Source of the DNA: the human T2T-CHM13v2.0 reference genome, Homo sapiens
NCBI RefSeq assembly: GCF_009914755.1
Contig: NC_060928.1
Direction: 5' to 3' (one strand)
DNA: 64,000 nt
A model generated the notes under the pieces. The model searched no databases and was not told the DNA's origin. It saw nothing but the letters and a program-made list of their open reading frames with translations. Every line of letters starts with the position of its first letter. Positions within the stretch are counted from its first letter, which is position 1. A program made the position numbers and the translations under genes. Shown piece by piece: positions 53,401-64,000 of the stretch.

Positions 53401-53995
53401 GTTGAAAACAGCTTCAGAAAATATATAGCATTTTAGGATTTATTATTTCATAACACACTTTCACATAAGTTTGCTCATTTAATAACTGTCACCCCCATAA
53501 GGCAAAGAAGAAACTGAGCCTATAAATATCAAATGACTTAGCTTATCATATAGCCATTTTAACCAACAAGGTAACTGTGATTCTCATTTTACAAACAAGA
53601 AGACTGAGGCTAAACACACTAAATGTTTTATTCAAGATCCTATAATCAGTGATGTTATATTAAGACTCATACCTCAGTATTTTCACTCAAAATTCTGTAA
53701 TATATCACATGCCCTATTTGTAGGGAAACTAAGTAAATATAGTCATTACTTTCTTTCCAAGATCACAGTGCTACAGTTAGCCAGTGGCCACCTGACATGA
53801 TGAGAAGGCAACACATTTATTTCTAATAAATAAATGTGCTTTTTGACTATAAAGTTCAACATGATATAACACTTCTTAACTTCTTAAAATCCTTACCTAG
53901 GGAAGTAGTATGGAAAGATATGGCAGTGCCTGCCCCTGGAGCCTGAAATTTAAGCTGACACAATTAATGCCTGGTTCTAGTTTTGTTAATGTATC

Positions 53996-54373
53996 TGTTA
54001 TGGGCTGACTATCTGTGTATCCGCTAAATTCATATACTGAAATCCTAACCCCTAGTGTGATGGTATTTGGAGGTGGGATCTTTGGGAGGTGATTAGAGTT
54101 GGATGACATCATAGGGTGGTGTCCCATGATGGTATTAGTGTTCTTAGAAGAAGAGAGACCAGAGATCTCTCTCTCTCTCTCTCTCTCTCTCCCTGCCATG
54201 TGAGGACACAGTGAGAAGGTGGCCATCTGCAAGCCAGGAAAATGACCTCCACCAGGAATGGAATCTGCCAACACCTTGGTCGTGGACTTCTCAGACTCCA
54301 GAACAATGAGAAATAAATGTCTGTCAAGTCACCCAGTCTATGGTATTTTCTTATAGCAGCTTGAGCTAAGACA
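53996..54373 (+). mobile_element. MLT1A-like MaLR solo LTR with (CT)n
   Basis: TGTTATGGGCTGA...GAGCTAAGACA; TSD gtatc/gtagc. Confidence 0.9.
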
Positions 54374-55366
54374 GTAGCCATGCAAGTTGCACCCAGTTAC
54401 ACCACATACTTTTCATGTTCAGCAGTCCCCAATGAGGACAGTATGGTGTTTATGAGCTGACAGCATTATGAACAATCTATATTCCACAGTGAACTGTTGG
54501 CAAAGCAACTTCCTTTTGTGAAGCAACGTCACAACAGGTATTAAGATAAAACAAAAGCCTGTAATAGTAAGAGATGTGTCCCTGTATCTTGTTTGTTGTT
54601 ATACATACAGATGCACACATAGGTTCCCAAACTGGGCATCTTGGTAATTGGGATTTACTCTCTAGGTGTATAAGGAAAAGTTATTTCTGGGCAACAAAAT
54701 GTGCATTCCAAATTACAGTGCTGAAACTCACCTGGTCCAATGCTGAGAAGCTGGGATGCAGTGATGGCAAATGGACCACCCTGGCTCTCCACGAGTGGGC
54801 AATGGTGCAATCCTTCTCAAGGCCTCCAGGCCTATTGCAATGACAGACCTGGTTACAAATCAAAGGATATCATTTACATGTGTGACATACATAATGTTGA
54901 TTCAGCAGAAATCTGTCTTGGCCATTTTCTAAGAGTGGACAGGCCTTAATCCTCCTATAGTTCTCCCTCAGAGTCTTTAGCACTTATAAACCAAGCCCTA
55001 GAATCTTTGCTGATGTTGTTGAGAAGCCAAGAGCGAGGCCACTGTCAGGTCAGAATGGTGAGGTCCTGAAGAAGAAATTAGCCTAGGAGATGGGAAATGT
55101 GTTGGAAGGCAAAGTGGAAGACAGGCAGGGCAAGTGGTTCATGACAGTGCCTGTTGGAAGGCCATGTGGTCCAGTCTATTCTTATAAAGACAGTCCTTCC
55201 AGCTCCACATGGCCCCTCTAGGCACTTACTAAGTGCCAGCCTGAACGTTTGCAGCAGTGTGGGAAAACAAAGACCACACCAAGTGTCCTTTGCAGATGGG
55301 GGCTCAATTGGTGGATGCAGGTCCAGCACCCTTCTTTTACCAGGGATTCTAAAATGGAGGATGGGA

Positions 55367-55660
55367 GGCTGAGCACAAAGGCTGATTCTTGTAATCTCAG
55401 CTACTTGGGAGGCTGAGGCAGGAGGATGACTTGAGGCCAGGAGTTTGAGACCAGCCTGGGCAACATAGCAAGACATGGTCTCTAAAAAAATTAAAAAGTT
55501 AGCCAGGTGTGGTGGTGCACCCCTGTAATCCCAGTTACTCATGAGGCTGAGGTGGGAGGATCACTTCAGCCTGGGAAGTCAAGGCTGCAGTAAGCTATGA
55601 TTATGCCACTGCACTCCAGCCTGGATGACACAATGAAACCCCGTCTTATAGATGATAGAT
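55367..55660 (+). mobile_element. AluJ
   Basis: ggaggatgacttgaggccaggagtttgag...aaggctgcagtaagctatgat. Confidence 0.9.
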
Positions 55661-57969
55661 AAAATGGGCAGTGGAGGGAGGCACAGCTCAAGAGGCTGAG
55701 CCATTCCAAAACACCTCTATGCTGAAAGTTTGAAATTGATGAGTTTGCCTTGTTTATAGTTTGTCTTACTCCTTAACAAAATTATACACTTTTCAAAGGA
55801 GTTTCTTAGTGTCTAGTAGTCACAGTGTACATAGCACTCATAAATTATAAAGCGTGAATAGAATTTCATGGTCTCCCAGAGTTATTTTATTTTTTATAAA
55901 GTTCTACAGACAGGCAATCAAGGTAAGGAAGATCTTTCATTTCTAGCTGCTCAGGAGATTTACGTTCAAACATCTAACCAACCATTCTTGTTCTTTTTTC
56001 TGCCTTCCTCCCTGCAACAAGTTTATACTGAGTACCTGAGCACAAAGCAGGTGCTGTGCCTGTTTCTGCTCTGGTTTGGAAGAAGAAACACCAAGTCTTC
56101 CTCACAATCAGAATGCAGAGGGTAGGTCTGTGTGGTCTCTCAATCTTACGCCTGACAGTATTAGTGGTGATATTATTCAGGCTGCGGCTTACATGCATGC
56201 ATAAACCTCACACTTATCTCCATGCATTGTAAATTTCCTATTTAATCCTTTGCTTATCTTATCCCAAAGTTTGAAATCTCTATTCTTAAGATTGGCTCTG
56301 GGTTTAAGGTACAAAGGATTTTTCCTTTCTGTCTTCTTAAATTTCTTCTGTTGCCCAGATGACTATCATATAAAAAACCATTTTGACGTGCACCAATATG
56401 AAGTGGATTTGACTGGCTCTGAGAGCACCAGTTTTCCGGGGTGTTTGCCCCACTCTCTGCCTGTGGGAACCCCATCAATTCAGCATGTGAGCTTTTAGGT
56501 TGGCTACATTACCCATTTCCATCATTACTCTCATCATTAAAAATATATATAGATAAAATAAATTAAAAAACACTACTCCTCTCTTGGATGTTCTTCTGTT
56601 TGTGTACCATCTAATTTAATGGGAGACTGTCAGAATAATTTTCTCATTTCTAGATTTAATGGGAATATAACTAGTCAAACTGGAAGTTTTGTTATTCAGT
56701 TCTCTAATTTTTCTGTGTTGTTTCACAAATATGATCACATTTATTTGCAGTTCCTCACCACAATTTCATTTTTCTCTGATGAGTCTGTTCAGTCTTCATG
56801 GGGAAATCTCTGTGATAAAACAAAAAGGCCTGACATTTTTGTCTTGCTCCATTAAAATGATCCCCATTGAAAGTTATTACATCCACTGAAAATTATCTGT
56901 TTTAATTTTCTCTAGTATAAATGGGGGTATTACTACTTACCTCTCAGGATTACTGTGAAGGTTAAAGTATGTTGAGCCCTTCAGTGGGCTTGGCACATAG
57001 ATGTCCTTAATAAATGCTAACCAAGAGGCTGTAGGTAGTATCACCCCTTCATATTCTGAACAGTATTTCTAGGCTTACAGTTCCTCCTAGTACCTACATA
57101 TCAATTCTTTCTGATAACGTTTATTAAAGAGATCCTTGTGTCTTCTAGCTTCTGCACCACAACTGAGCTCTCAGAATCAAAGCAGCTGCTTGGCCCTCCT
57201 GCTGCCAAACTTTGGGGAGCACGTCCAGGCCCTGTGGTTTCTGGGTGGCACCATGAGCCCTGGGGTGGCTGTTAGTCCCTCTACCCACTCCATTGGACTG
57301 ATCTGACCCAGCTGCCGAACTTTTGGAACTTTTGGAAATTCCAGTAATGGCCAGACTGGCTTGGCTTACAGCAACTGGATGTGATGGTTCTTTTAAAGCA
57401 ATCAGTTTATGAAGAGAAAGGATATGGGCTGTAAAGTGCTTTTTTTTTTTTTTTTTTTTTTTTTTTGGTCAAAGCTGCCCAACAAGAAAGTTTGTTTGTC
57501 AGGGAAAGGAGGAGGAAGGGAAGTGTAGCCTAAATAATAGAAGCCAGGAATACAAACCAAAGCATGTTTTATAAATGAACACCTCTTTCTCTGAAATCAG
57601 AACTTAGAAAAGTAAAATAACTGTTCAGTTATAATTAGCAATCGTACTGATAATTCTGAGGTTTTACATCATTCAAGATTCCACCTGAAAGATTCACTTG
57701 TCTTTCCACCTGAAAGATTCGCACAGATCAATCTGTGTGTGTGTACATGTGTGTGCTCAGTGTTTCTTCTAAATATTTGGAAAAATAACACACATACAAT
57801 AAGGCAATACTTAGTTAATTAAAATTTTTAATTAACACTGATACCCAATTTTCCAATATTCATTATAAAGGAGAGTACATTTTCCTTGGGCTTACTGCCT
57901 CCATCAAATAGACTTTAAAAAACCGCCATAACATCAGCCAATTTCCCCCTTATTCTGATTTCCTATGAT

Positions 57970-58620
57970 ACTGTTACTTAATGTGCATTCCATGAGCCGC
58001 TTGCATCAGAATTTCTCAGGAAACTTGTTAAAATTTCAGGTTCCTGGGGCAACATTCTACATCTACTGGAGCTTACTAGTTGGCTACCCCAACATCATAG
58101 TCCCTTTCCTCTTTAGTAAGATGATCTTGACTTAAGTGGAATTAGCCATACACTTGGCCTTCTTTTCCATGTGACAAAGTTTTGGCCAATCAAATAAAAG
58201 GAGATATGCTGTGCAGGAATTCCAGGAAGCCTCCTTCAATGGGAAAGAATACAAAGTTTTCTTCTCCCGTTTCTCTTGCTGCTAGCCTGTAAGTGGACAG
58301 CATGGCTAGAAACAAGAAGCCATTCCAGATCATGAGGTGACTCTGTGGATGGAAGCCAGGCACATAGGGTGGTAAAACAGAAAGAACCTTGGGTCCCTAT
58401 GGTGCCAGCAGGTCGGGCTTGGACTGTCTTCCTCCAGAGGAAATAAGCTGCTAACTTATTGAAGCAGTTGAAGTTATTTTAGATTGCTGTCTTATATGCA
58501 GCTGACCTAATGCCACTGGCTAATTCTCCTGATTTAAAATATATGAGGGTTGTGAAATCTGCATTTTTGATAAACACCTAGGACAATTCTTAGACACAAT
58601 CAAATTTTGAAAAACCTGCC
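57970..58620. mobile_element. MER5-like element interrupted by an old MLT1 LTR (~58070-58515)
   Basis: gcatcagaattt...cttgttaaaa / atctgcattttt halves flank an MLT1-like block (catgtgacaaagttttggccaat). Confidence 0.5.
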
Positions 58621-59143
58621 ATGAGATACAAGATCTATAAATAATTTTATAATTATTTCTTAGAGATAGACCAGAGACAGGGATGGTATACATTATACCT
58701 TTACTTGTATTCTGCAGGATTTAGTACCATAACAAATAGTGAGGGATGGTCGATCAAGGTCTGCAGAATAAATAAATTGTTAAGAGAAGTCTTCTTTTCC
58801 ACCCCTAATTTTCTTCTGCAAGCTACCAGAGAAAATGTTTCTTAATTGTGGACAGCCTTGAGGAACACCTGGCGGATCATTTTTCTATTTCTTTGAAAGG
58901 TCTAGGTATATGAATGAACCACAAAACAATGAGCAGCAGCTTTGCAGTGACAATACGGTTTCTTAAATATGGTGGCTATTTTGCCTCTGGTGTCTCTTCC
59001 AGAGCTTGCTACCAGGATAGCGTGAGTCCAGTAAGCGTACCAAGTCCTTCAATACTACTAGTCTCATGGGGAGGAAAACAAAAACCAGTCCCACACACCA
59101 AGCAATTAAGTGCTCACTGTGTTGTTTTTACGGTATCTTATTT

Positions 59144-59292
59144 TATATATATATATATAAATACATATACAGATATATATATATTTAGGCTAGATATATA
59201 TATATAGATATATTATATATCTATATATATATATATATATACACACACACGTATATACCTATGGACAAATATATATGTACGTATGTGTATAC
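59144..59292. repeat. (TA)n-(CA)n compound repeat
   Basis: Direct reading. Confidence 0.9.
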
Positions 59293-59828
59293 CTGCACAC
59301 ATAAGACATCACTTTATAAATAAACTTCCAACTTCTCAGATATGTTTTCCAACATTATGGCAATTCATTACTGTGATAATTAGGCTAATGAAATACCAGT
59401 TACTTGAATGAGAAGTTGTTTGTGGTGCTCAGAAGTAAAGGGTGATGCCTGTTGGTGATCTATGGGATTCTCACTACAAATTCTGGAAATAGTCACCTGC
59501 ACCCTTCAGCACATTCATTAGCCAACATTTCCAAAATAGGGTTAGTCAATTTGGCTATTTACCTGAGTTTCCAGATTCCTTATAGAGTCTGTCAGCTTAC
59601 CCAAGTTGACAGACTCTATAAGTCAATAAACTGATAGCTGAAACAAAACAAAACAAAGAAACCTAAACTCTCTAAGCTTTAGCTTCCTTCTAGGTAAAAT
59701 AGAGATAATAATAGCAATTTTCATAGAATTGCAGTGAAGAATAAATGAGATAAGGTATTTAAAGTTCTGGTACAGTGTCTAACAAAGTAAGTGCTCAATA
59801 AATGATAGTTATGATTTGTATTTTCTCC

Positions 59829-60125
<297 letters not shown>

Positions 60126-61299
60126 CGTATTTTCTCCTTTTATTAAATGTTTCATCTTCCTTGTGTGTTTCTGTCCAGAAGATAAAACATCTGTTAAACT
60201 TTATAAAATATATTATTTTAAACCTATTCTTTTAGGATTTTAATAAATGGGAAAATAGGATCACTTTTCTGAAAATTAACCATTTTTCAATTACTTCTTC
60301 AAACATCATCAAAATTAATAACAGAATGAAAACCCAGTGCTGCCACATTTGTCCAATGTTCACCAGGTCAGTTTGTTGGGGCCAGGGTTACAAGCCCAAA
60401 TCCATAACCAGCTTTTCATCCCCTGGACACCACCATGCCCACTTTCAGCTCACCCTAATTGCATGATGGCAAAAGAGAAAGAAAGAATAGCAGAAGATGG
60501 TTACAGAAGCCAAGTTCCATTTATAGTCTATTTATACTTCCTCCATTAAACTTCCTCTAAGGAGATGGGGTGATGAAAAAAGAGGGAAGCCTTGGAGTCC
60601 GTCCTTACAGGTTTGCAAGTATCATTAGCAAGAAATGACAAAATAAGCTTATCAATTCAGTACCACTGAGGGATAATATTCATTAACATTATGAATTGTT
60701 TATTTGTATTATGTCAAAAACATTATCTTCCCACTTCTATATTTATTTAACGACTGAGTTCAGGGTTTCTGGTTCCTCATTAGATGGCTACTTTGCATTG
60801 GCAGCAAGCAGTTCCCCAGGACCAAACCCTGGAGATGTCACAATTTCAAGACAGACCTCAAAGGATATAAAAACCTATTGTTAAAAATGTGAGAAACTCT
60901 GAGAAGACTAAAAATGTTTTGGCAAAAAACAGCAGTCAGGATGTAGCAGGGTGGACATCATTGTGGGAGAAATTTTGGGAAGAGCTTGTGTGATATAATT
61001 TCATTCTCTCAAATTCTACTGGGTGGAATACAACTTTGACAGAGAAGCAGGAAAATGTCAGCACTAGCTAGGGCACCTAGTGGGAGAGTTACATCAGGGT
61101 TGTGTTGGCTGTGGTGAAGAGTAGATAAAAATAGAGGCAGGTCCTGGAGTTGTCCCTTCTTCTCTATTCATTCCATGAGCACTGGGTACTATGACTAAAA
61201 CATAGGAAGACTCTACTGGCTGATGGCCAGCTGCTGACTCCTTAAATAACTAAGAAGGGTACACTGTCCTTTGCCGCCAATTCACATTACTAATGAAGA

Positions 61300-62460
61300 C
61301 TGCAGATGTGACTATAAACTCACAAAGAATATTAGATAACCAAATAGGGCAACACCTACACAATAAACAAGCTATAGTAGATTAAGTTAATATCTTCTAA
61401 ATGAAACTAAACTAACATATATTCTCCAAGAAATAAAGGAGGCTAACAGTAACACGAAGCAAGAACTAGTAGTTATTAAAAAAAAAGGTGGAAACAGTTA
61501 TGTATTAAAAATATGATTTAAAGTAAAATCTCAACAGGAAAGATAAATAGCAGAACAGATACAACCAATAAGTTAATTAGGAGCTGAAAGCTACAAAGTC
61601 AAAGAACTTTACCAATAGCATCAGGGACAAATAAAAGGCCACATGGCGTAGTGGTTAAAAGTGTGCAACCCTGGATCCCGAAGCCTGGGTTCAAATCTCA
61701 ACTCTGCCAAATATTAGCTGAAATGCTCTGAGCAATTCACTTAACTAATATGTAATGACTTTTTTTCATCTATAAAATGGGTAGATAATAATAGTACCTA
61801 CACTATATGATTGTAATGAGGATTAAATGAGTTAATATATGCACAGTACACATAAGAGTCTCTGGCAAATAACTAATCCTGCATAAATATAAGCTATTAC
61901 TATTTTAAGGAGTAGGAAATACAAAAGAGCTATTTGTGGGAGATGTAGGAGAGACACAAACATGTCACGTAACTCACAGCAAACCTTGATGAGGAAAACA
62001 ATTAAGTAGAAAGAAGGAAATATTAACAGACTGACAATAGTCTAGAATCAAAGAAAGATAAAAATCTCTGATCCTTCAGATTTCAATCTTCAGATGGATT
62101 ATCATAGATAACTCAACAAAATAGATGAAAAAAACCCTATACCTTGATACATTGTGATAAAATTTAAGATCAAAGAGAGAGAAATAATAAGTGATTACAT
62201 AAAGGAAGAACATAAAATCTTCAAAAGAACAAGATTAGGTTGACATCAGACTCATCCATAATAACACTGGAGGCAAAAACATAATGAAGTACTATTTCAA
62301 GGTACTGATGTAAAAAGAATTTATACCTAGAAAAACTAATATCTAAAAATGATGGAGCAAGAAATATGATGATGTCAGACATTCAAGGCTCAGAAAGTTT
62401 GTATTCAAAGCCCAATTTTGAAAAGACTATTGGAAAAAATATCCTAAGAGAAATAAATCT
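61300..62460 (+). mobile_element. Old L1M ORF1-region remnant, interrupted by a MIR
   Basis: A-rich strand; gattaggttgacatcagactcatcc...acactggagg resembles old L1 ORF1. Confidence 0.5.
61645..61905 (+). mobile_element. MIR
   Basis: gtagtggttaa...ctgggttcaaatc...tcatctataaaatggg...gaggattaaatgag. Confidence 0.85.
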
Positions 62461-62523
62461 AGGCAGTCATACAGGAATAAGGGTTGAGTAAATAACTAAT
62501 TTAAATAATGTTTAAGAAAAAAA

Positions 62524-62528
62524 TGTGT

Positions 62529-62567
<39 letters not shown>
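62524..62567. repeat. (TG)n microsatellite
   Basis: Direct reading. Confidence 0.9.
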
Positions 62568-62571
<4 letters not shown>

Positions 62572-62986
62572 GATGATCCAAAACTAAAATTCCATGTAAC
62601 AGCAACAAAGCAGGTATGTGTAGTTTGGCTGGGGAAGTGGGGAAGAAAAGAGGGAGCTGAGAGAGTTCTGAAGTCCCTGTCTTAATCAGAAAGAAAACAC
62701 AAATGTTGATAGGTATAGGTTGTAGTGGGTTAGTCAAATAGAATATATAATTTTCATATCAGCAGAAAAATAATAAATCTATCATAGGAGGTGGGAAAGG
62801 GAAAAAAAAAGAACTCATTCAGTATCTTCTCCCATTGTATTAAATCCCTACTTCCTTTATTCTTAAGTTCTTAATGCGTAAATTGGCAACCTCAGTATGA
62901 ATTAACAATTGGTAACACATTCAATTTGCTTATTCCCTTGTCACTACTAAGACCAGTAACATAGTGGCTTTAAATTATGTACTGAT

Positions 62987-63398
62987 ATACCTAAAGTCTC
63001 ATTAATTCAGATCTCAACAATTTGTATTTTGTGACATTCCTGACAGGGATGGGCTAAGGTTTAGTTCTGCAAGAGTTTAAAAAAATTAGTAGCATGGCCA
63101 AGGGTACAAGACAGAATACTTAAATTACTTTAGACAATCATTTAAAGATCCCAAACACTTCTTAAGAAGTCATTTATTTATACCCATTTACTTGCAAGTA
63201 CACTATAAATCACTCTTATGTATTCAATAAATCTGTTCTCAAAAGAAGTCATTTGGTCAGAATTTATTTTTCAAATTTCTGTATAAAACGGTAAATGCTT
63301 ATTGTTAGTCTGGACATATAAAATATTTTAATTTTTTCTCAAGACAAAATCCCTTTTCCTCCTTTTAATCTGAATTAGTGAGGTAAGTTTCTACTGTA
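62987..63398. mobile_element. Old Tigger-like element
   Basis: Terminal inverted repeats ctcattaattcaga ... tctgaattagtgag...tactg|ta. Confidence 0.45.
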
Positions 63399-63721
63399 AA
63401 GAGAAATCTAGTGTTAAATCTTTACTGAGTGACTTCTTATTAACTTTACCTGACAGTGTCCACCCCATAGGTGAGAAGCTGACCGCCCCTGTGGTCATTC
63501 TAGTTCTCAGCCTAAACAGTATCTAGGTTTCGTGTGTTTTTTAACCGTGTACATACATATCATAGGAGGTTGTGTTCAGACATGACAACAAACGGTACAT
63601 AATCAACTCACACATGCCTTACTAAAACAAAATCCAACACATATATTTATTCGGCTAATTATAATGTTATCTTTTTTCTTATGGCAGATGAAGGCTTGTT
63701 TTACTGAGTGACTGATAGATA

Positions 63722-64000
63722 TAATTAGCCCATTTTCACATTGCTATAAAGATACTACCTGAGACTGGGTAATTTATAAAAAAAAAAAGATGTTTAATTG
63801 ACTTGCAGTTCCCTATAGCTGGGGATGCCTCAGGAAACTTACAATTATGGCAGAAGATGAAGGGGAAGAAAGCACCTTCTTCACAAGGCAGCAGGAGAAA
63901 GAGAGAGTCCAGGGGAAACTGCCACTTTTAAACCATCAGATCTTGTGAGAACTCCCTATCATGAGAACAGCATGGGGGAAACTGCCCCCATGACCCAGTC
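63722..64000 (-). mobile_element. THE1D/MSTA-like LTR, truncated by window edge
   Basis: ttagcccattttcacattgctataaag...cctgagactgggtaatttata...gagaacagcatgggggaaact. Confidence 0.9.

Overview
Primate genomic DNA, almost certainly human, containing the complete LRAT gene (lecithin:retinol acyltransferase; human 4q32 from recall) on the + strand. The gene has a CpG-island promoter (~37.4-37.8 kb), a non-coding exon 1 ending at 38030, coding exon 2 (CDS 38135-38674) and exon 3 (CDS 42792-42944), giving 230 aa, plus a ~4 kb 3'UTR ending after AATAAA at 46905. The rest is repeat-rich non-coding DNA: 12 Alus, L1, L2, MIR, MaLR/ERV LTRs, and MADE1/MER53/MER20/MER5/Tigger DNA transposons. A decayed NDUFB2 processed pseudogene at ~18.3-18.8 kb is not recovered by the ORF track. 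I see no new multi-gene system. The best leads are all hypotheses: a second upstream promoter whose pre-mRNA would bracket the catalytic exon with inverted Alus (possible circRNA or anchor-less LRAT), an orphan 81-nt exon, a 61-bp AT-rich palindrome between the two promoters, a duplicated palindromic 15-mer in the core promoter, and several templated fold-back insertions. Repeat family names and reference proteins are from recall and were not searched.
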